This document shows, piece after piece, positions 49,316 to 63,900 of a stretch of DNA of 64,000 nt. The DNA is taken from NCBI RefSeq assembly GCF_009914755.1, contig NC_060930.1, one strand, 5' to 3'. This DNA is from the human T2T-CHM13v2.0 reference genome, Homo sapiens. The position numbers and the translations under genes are program-made. Under the pieces are notes generated by a model, which worked only from the letters and a program-made list of their open reading frames with translations, searched no databases and was not told the DNA's origin. Within the stretch, counting starts at the first letter, position 1. Every line of letters starts with the position of its first letter.

Positions 49316-50344
49316 TGAAGGATGCAAAAGAATATACAAGTAAGTTTGGAAGGCTTATTTGTGGATAAGAAGTCTAACATTTTAAGATAGTTTATACCCA
49401 AATTAATTTATAATTCAATGTGATGAAAGACAGAATTCTGACATACAGACTTTTGTTTTGTTTTTTATATTTGCTTTTGTTTGTCTTTTAACTTAGATGA
49501 AGATAAAATGTCATGTGGAAATAAAACTTAAGAAACAATGTCATCAAAATTCTGACAAAGAAAAGTAACAGAAGATCCTCGGCCTAACAGATATTAAACT
49601 GGTCTTAAAGCTAAAATAAAAATTAAAAGTCATGCAAATCAACAGAAGAAAATAAATAATACTAAAATAGAACTAGGCATATATGGGAAATTAGTTATGA
49701 TGAGAGTTGAATTTTCAACAAATTAAGACAATTGATTAATTAATGTTTGGGAGAAAATTAGCTGTAGAGAAAAGTCTCTGATTCAAAATAAGTTCAAAAT
49801 GGAAAAAGAATGTAAACAAAAAATGAAATAGCGGCATGCAATAAAAATACATAAATATGTAAAAATATTTACATGGGAAAAACTTTTCTAAACTAGTCTT
49901 TGAACAATGTAATTTCAGATTCTTTTAATTTTGAAATTAGTTTTTAAAAAACTAAAGTTTTCAAATATAGATTCAAAACAATTAGGATTTATTATAAGTG
50001 TGTAGTATTTATTTATTACAGCAAGTGGCCTTATAAGAAAGGCAGAGGAAGATTTGGCACAGACACAAAGAAGAGAAGGTGATGTGAAAATGGGACAGAA
50101 AGAGATTTCTAGAAATACTGATCTTGAATATTGGAGTGAAGCAGCCACAAGCCAAGGAATGCCAGACCCTGTCAGAACATGGAAGATGCAAGGAATGGAT
50201 GCTCTTGTGCAGAACCTTAAGGTGAGCTAAAGTTAAAACATTAGCGCCTTCTCACAGCCTTCCTGGGCATACACATGGCCCTTCACATGTATGTGGGTTT
50301 CTAGATTCCCCAGGAATATGTCAGAGCTTTTCCCTATAGACACT

Positions 50345-50723
50345 TCATTTTTTATTTTTGTGTGTTTGGTTTTGTTTTTATTTGTTTTTTATTTTGTTTT
50401 GTTTGCTTGTTCTTTTGTTTGTTTTTTTGTTTCTTTGTTTTTGAGACAGTGTCTCACTCTGTCACCCAGGTTGGAGTACAGTGGCATGATCTCAGTGCAC
50501 TGCAACCTTCACCTCCTGGGCTCAGGTGATCCTGCCACATCAGCCTCCAGAGAGGCTGGGATGACAGACGCATGCCACCATGCCTGGCTAATTTTTGTAT
50601 TTTTTGTAGACATGGGGTTTTACCATGTTGCCAGGCTGTTCTCAAACTCCTGAGCTCAAGCAATCTGCCTGCCTTGGCCTCCCAAAATGCTGGGATTACA
50701 GGCATAAGCCACCATGCCTGGCC
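50345..50723 (-). mobile_element. AluJ with long degenerate (GTTT)n tail
   Basis: Alu body at 50441-50723. Confidence 0.88.
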
Positions 50724-53120
50724 TTCCACGGTTTTCTTAAACATTTTTTGCTCAGCCTCTTTCTACTCCAACTGGTGTCTCTTTATCAGGCAGCTACAAA
50801 ATCAAACAGTTGCTGCTGACTGTTTTTAACAAGTGCCTTGGAGGAAAAAGGGAGCTTTCCACCTAGTGAGCTCTGAATGAAGTTATATAAAGACAATCCC
50901 TGTGAATGGGGTTTTCAAGAAGTTGCTAGTCAGGTCAAATAGTGACTACTGCTGAGGCATGGAGCTTTTTAAAGAAGCTCTAACCCATTTTGACTTCTCT
51001 GATGACTGTTAGGCTGTTGGTTTCTGTAAGCCTGATGATTTTCATGGCTACCTTGGAGCTGGCAAGAAGGACTTGGGAATAGGCAAGTTAAAATGTCACT
51101 AAGGTCTCTGTTCTTAACAAGATTCAGTTGCTTTTCTTGAATAAATGCTCCTCAAGTTGTCACAAGTCTTCAGTTAATTTCCAGAGTACTGAACAAGTTG
51201 CTTTTTCTTTTGCCATTTATTTCCACTGTTTTTATGGCAGAAAAAATGTTCAGAAGACCTTATCCCATCACTCCATAAGTGCTTCTGCTTGTTAACATTT
51301 TGGCATACAGACAGTCTTGCCTCTTAAAGTCTACTGGCACAAAGAGCCAGGTCTTAAAAATTAAAAACAGTCCATCAATCCTTCACCAGAATACTGTGGT
51401 GATTTCTCCTGTCTCTGCTTTTCTTATGCTGTGAAATGAAATGTGGGATTCAAGACTATCCTTTAGAGGTAGATGATTGCTTTTAAGAGCATACTCTTCC
51501 TCAATCATAAGTATCTTGTGAGACCAGATTGTGGAATTCCTACTGATGGTTAAAAGGTTCCCACATCATATCTCAGTTTTAAAACAGGAACTATATTATT
51601 CTAAGGATTTCAGTCCTCCAACTCTTCAGAATAAATCTCCGACTTCATGAAACTTATTTCTGGTTAAGCGCAAAACTTATGGTTCAAATTCCTCCCCAAA
51701 AGTTTCGGAAGTGAGGAGATGCTCATGTGTGTTAAACACCAAAGGCAACTGTGTTGCTTGGAAAAACTGCAATGTTGGTGTTTAGACACTTCCATTCACC
51801 TGCCTGGAAGGGAACATAGTCATGAGCAGTATTCTTTCTGGGTGGAAATAAGAGGTGGGAGCTGCGTGCAGTGACTCATTTGTCCTTTCTCTTTCCCTAT
51901 GTGCATGCATGCTTTTCCACAGATTATAACTCATGGAAATTCTCATTGGAAAAGACACTTCAGTAACATTTCCCACATGCTTTGACATTTTTTTTTTTAG
52001 GAAAATGTTTCATTCTATTAGGTTAATTCCACCCCAAGGTATTTGCATAAGTGGCGTGGGTCTGGCCTTTGACGTTATCTTCCTGAATGATCTCTGATTG
52101 CTCACTCAGGCATATTGTAGACTCTTGGTCTCATTGAATCTTGTGCTATCTTTACCAAATCAAATCTGTAAAGTTCACTGGCAATTTAATGTATTGTTTT
52201 TGAGTCATCTTGACATTTTGACTTCTTAAGTGTAAACTGAAAAATGCATTTACTGGAAATTTGGAAATTTGTTTTTTAAAATAAAACAACATATGCCAGA
52301 TCCCTAATCTACAGATGATTTATAAAATCAGGCAATGCTTATGAGGTAATGCTGCTGAAAGAAGGTTTCTAAAAAGGAAATTTATCTCCAATGTTTCTAA
52401 AGCACATAAAAGAACAAGACTGTTTTTAACAGGAGAATAAAACATACAAAGAAGGGTGTAAATTATTAGGATATCATCCAGTTTTTTTGTAAGGCAGGTA
52501 GAGAGGAGGCTCAAATGCTAAAAGGGTAAAAATATTTAGTTTAGCATTGTTGAAAGAACTGGAGAAGATTGTCTTTATTTCAAAGTTGTAAATATTATAA
52601 ATAGATAAACTTTTTGGTAAGTGAGCCTTTATTAAGAAATCAATGCATATTGGTTTGAATTGGTAGAACCTTTGGATATTTCATAATAAATAAGATCTTA
52701 TTTTGTAGTAATATTGAAATTTGAAATTTTCCTAGTAGATACTTTTTATTATTAACTTAAGTAGTCTAGAGTTAATTCTTGCTACCGAATTGGATCACCA
52801 TATGATGAATTCTGTCACTACATTTATATTAAACATTTAGCTATATCCATGGACATTGATGTTTAGAGGTAAACAAAATGCCTAAATAGAGGTGAAGAGG
52901 AACTCCAAATATGCTTACCTCATGCATTCTAAAGTTTAGAAGTTTTGGCAACTGAGATTTTGCAATCACCAATGGATCACAGAAATTGACAAGATAATTG
53001 TTATTACTCTTTTCTGTTTTAATATAAATTTTCTAAAGTATTATAACATTTTGAAATAGAAAGTTTAAAATATTTGTTTACTTAATTTCAGAATTAAGTA
53101 TTTAATTAATTGCTGACTTT

Positions 53121-53160
53121 GATGAGATCAGGCACACTCAGGGTGGTATAGCCATAGATG
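53121..53160 (-). pseudogene. Tailless 5S rRNA retropseudogene (5' ~39 nt only)
   Basis: Minus strand ATCTATGGCTATACCACCCTGAGTGTGCCTGATCTCATC vs 5S GTCTACGGCCATACCACCCTGAACGCGCCCGATCTCGTC; TSD AATTGCT(G/T)ACTTT; no poly(A). Confidence 0.9.
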
Positions 53161-55529
53161 AATTGCTTACTTTGAATGAAATTGAATGTAAAGGAATGTA
53201 ACAGTTAAAAGAAAAAAGCCCTTTTTTTCTTCATTTTATTCTTTCATTCCATCTTTTATTTCTTTCCTCTTTGCATTGTTATATGATATTTATAAAAGGG
53301 GTTCTAAACAAGATAACAAAAATATAAAGTAGATGATAGAGTTGGGGCCAAGGGGAAGCAAAGTGGAGCCAGTAATAAGGTTAGTGCTAAAAACCAGAGT
53401 CTTACATCGTTAAAACCAACAAAGGGCCATGGATTTAGCTCTTAGCTTTTTAGCTGTGCACTTAATGAAAGGAATAGGAACAGATATATATTCACAGAGC
53501 TCATAAGATAAAGACAAATTATTCATTCCAGAGCACAGTGAGTTCTGATTTTAGGTCCTAACAATATTTGAATTTTATCATAAAAAGGATCCTGTGTGAT
53601 GCAATGAACAAATTACTAAGTAATACCCTTAGGATAAATACAGCAAGGAATTTTATGTGGATGTGTCTTAATTTAGGGAGTTGTCATCATGACAGAAAAA
53701 AAATCAGTGAAAATAATCCTGTTGAGTCAAACCCCACCATATCAATGAGGCAGGATTCACTTCCGTGGTCCTGTGAGGGGACTATTAGAGTATCTGGAGA
53801 AAACTTCCTGACCAGGTTCAAGACCCCAAAGGGAATCGATAAATTTTGAAAGAGAGCTCTAGGAAATCCTGTAAATTGTGTACATCGGTGGGTGTATAAG
53901 GTCATGGATGCATTTTTCTGAAAACAGGGTTTGCATTTTTTAACAAAAGAAACTTTGCCTTAGAAAAGGTTGAGAGAAAAGAATAGGCTGCACATCCATT
54001 ATTAATACACTTTTTTTTAAAAAAAGAAATTCGTGAACATGCATGATCATTAGTTTTGAGAGTGTGCTCCATGCTTACTTCTCGGAATAAAAAATTTCTG
54101 TATGACACATTAAAGAATAAAAACATATGCTGTAAGAATCAGTCAACAAGGGTGGTTTGTACTTCCTCTTAAGAAAGTTGACATGCTGATTTAGTGCTAA
54201 TTGGTAGAGAACCCTGCTTCATATATGTTTGGAAGTAAGCACAGGGTATATTCCTAGGAAAGATATAGATCTTAACAGAAAATGATGTTGTGAGCCTTCC
54301 AAATGAAATTACAAAACTTTGAGTTTTTATCATGTAGTGTGTTAATAAGTTTAACACAAGTATTTTTAAAGCAGATATAACCAAAAGCTTATCTTGAACA
54401 TTACAAAAGAAAGAGTTGAATAAGACACTCATAGACTGTCTGGCTTTGAGCAATGCAATTTCCTGGAACAATATACTAAGATAAATTGCTTGCAAAATGT
54501 ACTTCTCTGTAACTGAATGAGATACCTTGCTGAATGGGGTTGTTAGCTATAAATAAATTAAAAGTTTTTTTTTTTCTGGCAATAAAGAGTTTGAAGTAGA
54601 AGCTTCTTAAGGTCTTGGCTAGATCATGAGAATAAAATTACTATGCATCTTATGTATGTGTGTGTTTATATATAAATTAAGATTTAGTATTATATATTGT
54701 ATATTAAGAAAAATATTGGAGATATCTATATCTATTTCTAAAGTCTCCCAGAGAGATTGGATAACTTGCATAAGGTCTTATACTGTATTTATGTGGTGGA
54801 GCTGGGATTCAAGCAAGGGCAGTGCAGCTCCAGAACACCTGTCTTAGCCATTACACTATGCTCCCTCTATGTACAATAATATGATCATACTATTTGCTTG
54901 TGAAGGAATGTTCACTCTCCACTGTCTGTGAAAGGGATCTAGGTGGGGAACAAGGCATCATCTATTTCATTCAAAATGCTATTAAGTCATAAAAGAACAA
55001 GTTATTGTGAATGAAAGAATAAACCCTCTTATTTACTACTAGAAATCAGTAACTGCTCTTTCAAGACCTGGTATAATGCATATGTTGTTTAAGGTTTCAC
55101 AATTAAGAGGCATCCAGAGCAGCTAATATAATAGCTGTATCTCTTCATTTAGTCAATGACTGTTGAAGTGTAGGAAGTATTGTTTCACTTGTACAAAATT
55201 AAAGAGTTTATTTAAGTGATTTATTTTCTTCTCTCAGTTTCTCCAGCCAGCTTTATGACTCTTTGCACCAGTTGACATAGCAATTCTATTTCTAGGAATT
55301 TATCCCAATCAAATAATTTAAGGAAAGCAAAAAGCCATATTCATGAAGATATCTAGAATATCTTTATTTGTAACAGAAAATAAGAAAACATTAGTGGGGA
55401 AAACCATGGGTCTTACATTAAGGGACATAAAAACAGCTATATAAACACAAATATAAATAATTATAAAAATTCTGTAAAAGCATGGAAAATGTCTGGCTAA
55501 ATGTCAAGGAAAAACAGCATTAACAACTA

Positions 55530-55628
55530 TCATAGACATATATTTAACATGTATATAGACATGCTTTGAACATATATTATAGACATATGATTAACATCTA
55601 TTATAGACATATGTTTAACATCTATTAT
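55530..55628. repeat. Degenerate ~25-bp tandem repeat (ATAGACATAT...AACAT)
   Basis: Four imperfect units. Confidence 0.7.
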
Positions 55629-57284
55629 ACTTTCAGCAAGTAAAATGTATACTTGTGAAAGGAAATATGGAGAAAATGGAAATAGTTATATTGTAATAAA
55701 CTTACAATTATTTTGTTGTTCTTTCCTTAATATTGTCGTTTTTATCTTCCAGTGAATTTTGCCAATTCCTTGACAAGTTCCTAGGTTTTCACTAGAGGTT
55801 TTCAGGATTTCACTGTCCATTAATGGAATTCCTACCTTTCAAATATTGGCTTCTCCACTCGTTAACTAAATGACACTCTGCCAGTTAATTAACTTCTTTA
55901 TACCATATTTTTTTTCCTGCTGAATATGGAGCGAATAATGCTTACTTCATAGAGTTGTTGAGATCAAATGAGATAATGCAAATTAATCCTTAAGTTTACA
56001 GCGTTTCCCAGCACATAGTATGTGCTTAAAAGAAACAAAACAACCCAAATGGATTAGCACATTTAGCTACCATTTGTTGAGTATTCAGAAGGTTGGACTA
56101 ATGTGTGAGACATTACTGTTTTAATGGTGAAAGAAAAAAATGTAATTAACATGTCAGAACAAAATTTTAGTTTTGTTTTTAAAGCCATGCTGATAAAAAA
56201 TATATAATGCATCACAGAATTTTAAATATAAGGCACCATTACAGTTTTTCTAGTCTTTTAGAAACAAAGGTATTTCAATTAAATGCAGCTCAAAATCAAT
56301 AATAAAAATTTGAAAAATAGAGAAGAGAATGAAAAAAAGAAAGTATTATCAATGGCATCATCCAAAATACAGCTCCTGTTAACATTTTGGGGGTTTATTT
56401 TTAGGATACACAAAGGATACTTTTAAAAAAATAAAATTATATTGGGAGTTTTATATTTCTCTTTACACTTAACACTAGAATTGGTTTCTTCGTTGCCAAA
56501 TAGTTTCCCTTAAAAAAAAGCCTACATTATTTTATATTGATTGGAGATTATAATTTATTAAAATATTCTACAAGTAGTTTTTAGAATATTTTAATAAATT
56601 ATAATCTGCAATCAATAGTATACCTTTTCACAATTAAAAGTAAAACTATTCTAAATATTTTTGTATTTTTTTTTGCTGTAGGATTATTTTTATTACTTCC
56701 TTAGCATAGTTTTCTAGAGATAGAATCATTGGTTTAAATTGTGAATATTTTTAATGATTTTGATATAGATTGATGTATCACATTGCCAGCAAAGAATGAA
56801 GAGAATTTAAAAATTTTGCAAGATGAGAGTTTCTATAATTTTAACTTAAGCCTCTTTCATTTTTGATCAGAGGTAATGATTTATGATGGAACATTTAACT
56901 ATGTTAATTGATCATTTTAAGTTTTTATTGCATGAATTTTCTATTCATATCGTTTCTCCTTTTTTTAGGCATTTAATATTTATTACCCATTTGCAATGAA
57001 TGCTTTAGGTTTAGAAAATATTAACTTTCTGTCATATATTCAAGTAAGCCCATAACTTCCTTTGCAATTTTTAATTTCACTTGAAATTTGAAATATTTTT
57101 TTAAAGTCATAAACTTGATATTCAATTCTATGTTTTAAAAAATACTAAGTTGTCAGGCAGTTTCATTTATTTGTATGTAACTCTTTAGTTTGGTGAAAAT
57201 TGAATCCAATTGGCTGTTCATTTCATCTATCTGAGGAAGGTGTTTATATTCACTTCCAAGATTCTTTCTCTTTAGAATTCTTAA

Positions 57285-57670
<386 letters not shown>

Positions 57671-59359
57671 GGAAATATTATAATTATTATCCCTATCAAA
57701 AAAAGCATGATAACTTCCATTTCACTTTCTAAAAGTGCTTAGAAATTTGCTTCTTTTCTTACTGTTTAACCATATAGAATTTTTGGCAAACTGACAAAAG
57801 AGCCTTAAATAACCAAAAGTAGACATTGTACAAAAATAGAAATATAAACTTGAAAAATAAGAAGTAATAAAATAGTTCTAACTTTTATGAAGTGTTGGAA
57901 ATTAAAGTATACATCTGACGTAAATGCATAATTAGTTGACACCATTTCAGTAAGTTACTCTCTTCCAAAAGAGGCTCCAGTTTGTTTTAAACAAGTACAC
58001 ATCTCCCAGATGAAATCCTTTTTAGGTGGAGCTGTCTTACAAGAAAGTGAGAACAAAAGGACGAATATTTTTTACTTTTGAAAAACTAATTTTTTTATAT
58101 AAAAATTTACAGCGTATTTAGTTATATTTGATTTATAGATATATTTTTCTTTAGCCATAAGCACATTCTTAATAAGAATAATTGTAGAAATATGAAATTA
58201 ATTTTGAAAGGTCTTTATAGGTCAAGTTTGTAAAGACAGTTAACAAAGCTGAGAGAGGAGTTTCAGGAAAACCCCAGCCACTTTTTATTTCCTGTGATAA
58301 ATGTATACGAGCTATAGAATTTAAGAAGTGTGGGATAAGTATATTAAGTTCTAAAAACAATGTGAATTTCTAAATAATTTCTCCCCAATGTGATGCATTG
58401 ACTTGAAGTTATTTCACAGAACAAAGAAAAAAAATCCCAACTTTGTCAATGTTTCCAGTCTAGGTAAAGTGACTAACACGTTTTGACATCGAATATGCCC
58501 ATTCATGCTAAGAAAAACTCTTAAACAGTCTAAATAGAACCCCCTTTGCTTTTGAGTGAAGTGAAGATTTTAGATCCTGGAATTACTATAGAGGCTTTAA
58601 AACATTAATTGGAACTCTTTTTCACATAAGAACATTTCCAGATTGTTTTCTTTTTGCTTCAGCAAAAAGGAGGAGATTCAACATTAAGATTAAGTAATAC
58701 TGGCTGCAAAAATAAACATCAAAAAAAACCTTTCCACTTTTCCACCTTGAATGTTTATTCTTATCAGCGCTCATTTGGGAGCAACTTATAATGTACCAGG
58801 TATTGGGGATATAATGATACATAAGACAGTTTCAGTAAGAGGCATAATTAAATCAATTGATTATGTAAGTGTGCTGTAGAAAATATTATCACAAAAAATA
58901 CAGATAAAATGCAATAAAAGCAAGGCTGGAAAGGCATTCTAAAGGGGTAATGAATCATAGAATTTAAAAATTGTATGATTTTTATAGAAAATATTCCCTT
59001 TTCTGTTGTGAAGTTACACTATTTTTGTTTTTAACAAGACCTGGAAAAACATTTATGCATTTAAAAATACGTCCCAATATATGAATCAAGCATTATTCAG
59101 ATGACTTAAAGGACTAAGAAAACGACTATCATCGAATGAAACTTAGCCTAGAGAAAAAAAGAAACATGGCTGAGAAATCTTTCAAAACAAAGCTGGTAGG
59201 ATTTCAGTAATAGCCATCCTGTACAAAGACTAAGTTTTATTTGAGAATAGGAAAGAAGTATTGAACATTGGACCCAAAGAACTGAAAACTAAAACAATAA
59301 AAGTTTTTTAAAAAGACTTGAGGTCCAAACCAAATAGAGTTGAAATAAGTACAATTTCA

Positions 59360-59995
59360 ATCTCATTCACTCGCTCATCTGAAATAGTTACTGAGCACCT
59401 ATTACGTGACAGCAACATGCTTTTGCATGCTAAAAGTGTCTGGCGATGGAGGAAATGTCATTGTATGTCACTGTAGTGATCCAACATGCTCAGTGTTAGG
59501 CTGGGGGAAATACGGGGTTAAACAAGGGCCCAAAATCACAGCACCTCACCCAAATTTGATGGGAGAATGGGTTACAGTCTTTCTGGAAAAAAATGTTCTA
59601 CTGTAAGCTGAGACCCGAAGGATAAAAAGAGATTGGAGTAGGTGTTTCTGAGGGAGGAAATGGTATGTGTGAAAAGCCAGAGACATGAGAGAATACGGTA
59701 CTTTTGAGAACCTGAAAGTTGTTCCACGTGGCTGAGAATAGATTGTGGGTGGATGGGGAGGGGACAATGAGGGACCATTGATGAGAATAGCGTGATCCAG
59801 GCTTGCAAGCCTGTTTCCTTCAAGAGCAATAGGGAACCACAGAAAGATTATAAACAAGGGAATGATATGATCAAAGACATTTTGGGGGAAGATCACTTTA
59901 GCAGCATTATGGAAAAGAGCTTGGAAGAAAAAAGGTTGTAACTAGTGGAACCCTATTTGAGTCTATAGAAGTTGCACAGGAGAGGGAGAATGGAG
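59360..59995 (+). mobile_element. L2 remnants
   Basis: TCATTCACTCGCTCATC...TTACTGAGCACCTA start; GATATGATCAAAG...GATCACTTTAGCAGC. Confidence 0.6.
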
Positions 59996-60374
59996 GCCGG
60001 GCCTTCTTTAGTGGATCCTCAGTTTTGTCATCCAAAGAACTTGGAATCCCACATTGATTTCCCCCATCACACATAATGTATGATTGTATATGTGTAAGTA
60101 TGATTGTCAGAGGCAGAGGTCATTGATACCTGTTTATACACATAAGTATGATTGTCAGAGGCAGAGGTCATTGATATCTGTTTCTAGAAACTCTGATGAC
60201 TGCAAAAGTGTTTCTCATTTCCTTAGTAAGAAAAATGCCAAGAATAGTCCTTGTGAATGTAGAGAAGAAAGAAGCACCCTGTGCCTTCTCTATCTAATAC
60301 TTAGGCTCAGCACTGTTTTGACAGAAAAAGCGGCTTTCTCTCTTTCCCTCCATGGCATTTCGATTATTTTGTAG

Positions 60375-60686
60375 TTGTTGTTGTTGTTGTTGTTTTGACA
60401 GAATCTCTCTCTGTCACCCAGGCTGGAGTGCAGTCACATGATCTCAGCTCACTGCAACCTCTGCCTCCTAGGTTTAAGCAATTCTGCTTAATTCTCCTGC
60501 CTCAGCCTCCCATGTAGCTGGGAACACAGGCATGCACCACCACGCCCGGCTGATTTTTGTATTTATAGTAGAGATAGGGTTATGCCATGTTGGTCAGGCT
60601 GGTTTTGAACTCCTGGCCTCAAGCAATCCACCTGCCTCAGCCTCTCAAAGTGCTGGGATTATAGGCATGAGCCACTGCGCCCGGCC
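60375..60686 (-). mobile_element. Alu (S/J) with (GTT)n tail
   Basis: Full Alu with a small internal duplication AATTCT...AATTCT. Confidence 0.88.
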
Positions 60687-62636
60687 CTTGCGTGGTATTT
60701 CTTTGAGACACCCTAAAGGCACTGCAGCCACAGAAAGGAGTGTGGACCTAGGAAGCGACTCCCCGTTAGGATGCATCTCAACAACATTTCTTTTGGTTGT
60801 CATTTGGGGTAAGAACTATTTGCAAGCAAATGTAAATCACTGGATTGAACTGCCTGTTAACATCATCACTACACATTGCTCAACCGTCCCGGTAAATCCG
60901 GAGGGTCACAGCAGCAAGGCAACCATGCCCCACTCCCCACTCTCCATGCTCTATTCTGTGGGTTTTGAATTTGCTGGCCTCACAACCCACTTGAAGAGAA
61001 AGGTGAAAGGTCCAGATCTCAGCTCCGCTACTCATTGGAAGTCACTTGCCTTTTTTCAGTTATGAAGTTGCTAAAATTTCTCAAAACAAAGTGACAGGAC
61101 TAAATTACCTTAAATTCTTTCTAGCTGAAAATGATGGTTTTATGAGTCAGAAATGAGAACATTAGTGTTCCAGACTTGGAAGTACAGGGAAGTAACTACA
61201 GATACAGGATATTAGAATATATGATTAAGAAGAATGGTGATTTTAAAAGCTTATCAAATAGCTGCAGCTCCTGCTTCCTTGACAGGGAGAGTTTCTTTCC
61301 TGAGGGCCAGGCGCCAGCAGCCCTGGAGACGCAGGGCCCAGTTTGCCTCAAGTCTCCTTCCCAAGGCTACTCTACACCTCCTCACAAAGACCCCATGAGG
61401 ATTTGGTGTCTGGCTTCTGGCAGCACATTGACCTTTTCTCTGCAATTGTGTCAGCAATGGATCCAGCTTCTTTTCCTGGAGGGGACTCGAGGAGCATCAA
61501 GGGCCTGAAAGAACTTCTAATGTATTTGTGTTTCAGCAGCAGTCTTCAGAAATCAATTGTTCACCAATTGGACAGACCGGCTCGGGGCTAGAGTGCCCTT
61601 CCTCCAAGTTCCCACATTGATTATTTTAAGAGTTCTTCCAACTCAAATGAAAAATACCAAAAATTTTAAAACATGCAGGCCTTCTGAAGCTATCCAATCC
61701 TAAAATTAAATATTGGGTGTGGGAATGGGAGTACACTAGGAAGGGTCCAGGAAGGACTCAAGGCTCTTTCCAAAGGTGAATTGAGGAGAGTTTAATAAAG
61801 AGGTAGAATTGAGGAGAGTTTAATAAAGAGGTAGAAGTAGTGAGGTAGCGAGTAATCCATGAATGAGCCTCAGCAGGGAGCCGTTGGCCCCTCTAGGGCT
61901 GCAGGAGAGAGGCCACCCTGCAGAAACTGAATCTTGCGGGAGGAATGTAGTCTCTTCCAAGCCATGGCCTAGGGGAATAAATACCCAGAACTCTCTTTCC
62001 CTCCTCTTTGGTCCTTTCATTTCCAACCAGCACGTCTCTTTTGCTGAGCCCAGCCAGCAGCCAGAGGACCAGGGTGTGGACGATGTAGTCCATAAAGGTC
62101 AGCCTTCAAGGAAATAGAAACAGTGAAGAAGAGCAGAGAGGGTTCCCAGCAGAGGCGGGAGCTGGGGGGAGAGCCTGTGGCATCAGATCTCTCCCAAGAG
62201 TAAGCCGAAACTCAGGGCTCCTGGGAGGTCCTCTAGGGCTGAGGCAAACTGAAAGAAACAGGTGTAGCTTTAGGGCCAAGGAATGGGTTGAAGAAGCCTA
62301 AGGTGAGGAACCAGGTGGCAAAGTTGGAGACCAGCTGGAACAACTGAAGAACAAAGAGAGGGAGGGAGACATGTGGCCTCCAGGGTCAGGGCAGGCCTCC
62401 ATCCTGCCCCCGTGCTCCATTCTAGGACAAATCTCAAAGTTACCAAGCTTCGGTCCCAGGGCCTCTTTGAAACTGGTTTTAACGCTAAGTAGGATATAGG
62501 GTCCCTGGCAGGCTCTTCCCAGGCAAACCATGACTATACACAATTCAAGGCCATGGTAAAGTAATGGTGAGTATATATTTTCACAGGCCACAGAGTAAAA
62601 TGAACACAAAAATTTGTTTTTAAAAATGTTTACCTC

Positions 62637-62797
62637 TGCCAGGTGCAGTGGCTCACACCTGTAATCTTGGCGGCATGGGAGGCTGAAGCAGGAGGATCAC
62701 TTGAGCTCAGGAGTTGGAGGCTGCCTTGAGCTACAGTTGTGCCACTGCCATCCAGCCTGGGTTACAGAGACAGACTCCAAGTCTAGGGGAAAAAAAG
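62637..62797 (+). mobile_element. Alu monomer (FAM/FRAM-like)
   Basis: Single ~160-bp arm with A tail. Confidence 0.75.
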
Positions 62798-63457
62798 TTT
62801 AACTTGATCATTTCTAGGTAAAGGCAATACTTTTCAGATTTAAAATTCTATCATTTCAGATTTTCTGTCATTTCAAATGTTGTCTTTCAGATTTGAAAAG
62901 AGGATTTGTCTCCTCTTTTCCCTCAGAGTAGCATCTAAGCTTCTGACAGAGCAATGTGAAATCTGGGAGGCTTCCTCTGGGCACTTTGGAGATGGTCTAG
63001 GGCTGGCTGTCATCGACTGAAATATGCAGTGACATCTGGTCCCTGGGTGTGGACACCCACGCTGGCTCTTGGTAGGTTGTTTAAAACCTGTCCGTTGCTA
63101 GGCCCTTTCCACTCTTTGTTCCTTGGATGGTATTTTGGGTTTTCCTAAGCAGGGTGTGCAACTATCATCCAGGTTTGTCTCCCGTACCATTATGCAGAGT
63201 GTTTCTCCATGATTTGCTTTGTCTTATGTCAACCAGATGTGAAATGAAGCCAAGTTAGCCTCTATTGTTCAGCCCCTACACTTGATAACACAGGGTTCTG
63301 TCATCCATCCCTTCCACTCTACCATAAACTCACACCAGCTTCCCCATCTCAGAGGCTCTTCCCTGGCCTGTGGAGAATAGATGTAGTGGTAGAGGGGCCA
63401 TGAGAACTCACTCAGAAAATATTCTTGCCAAATCTTCATTCTAACATCTAGACTGCA

Positions 63458-63882
63458 GCTTTCTTAAGGTTAAAAGCCAGAAATTAGACATGGTTGTTTT
63501 TCATTTGATCCATATAGTAAACACAGAGGGTGATTGAGTTGAAGGCTGGTTGCATGGAATGTGTACAGTCATCTCCCAACACCCCGGCAGACGCCTGAAA
63601 CCACTGACAGCACCTAACCCTACATAAACCATGTATTTTCCATCTGTCAACAAATTGGCTAAGTGACTACCTGGGAGGTAGCATAGACAGCACAGATATG
63701 CTGGACAAAGGGATGATTCACATCCCAGGCTGGACTGGGCAGGATGGCAGAAGATTTCATCATGCTATTTGGAATGGCACACAGTTTAAAGCAAATAAAT
63801 GGTTTATTTCTGGAATTTTCCATTAATGTTTTCAGACTGCTGTTGACCACAGGTAACTGAAATCATGGAAAGAGAAACTGCA
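63458..63882 (+). promoter_or_regulatory. VIP: Candidate VIP upstream tissue-specifier element (TSE) enhancer
   Basis: PstI sites at 63453-63458 and 63878-63883 release exactly 425 bp; two ATTTTCCAT (63635, 63815); AP-1-like TGATTCA (63714); position fits the recalled MYCT1-VIP spacing. VIP itself is outside the window. Confidence 0.65.
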
Positions 63883-63900
63883 GATAAGGGAGGACTACTC
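63566..63900 (-). mobile_element. MER44 (TcMar-Tigger MITE)
   Basis: CAGTCATCTCCC...GATAAGGGAGGACTACTC termini with TA at 63564-65 and 63901-02; internal GCTGGACAAAGGGATGATTCACATCC and GTTTATTTCTGGAATTTTCCAT match MER44 as I recall it. Confidence 0.82.

Noticed and set aside
55530-55628. Repeat-spacer-like array (CRISPR-like)
   Set aside because: Degenerate tandem minisatellite without unique spacers, in human DNA
60532-61065. 177-aa ORF and the many 60-120 aa ORFs with LECSG/PASAS/WDYR motifs
   Set aside because: Translations of Alu or other repeat sequence plus chance open frame; no splice or coding signature
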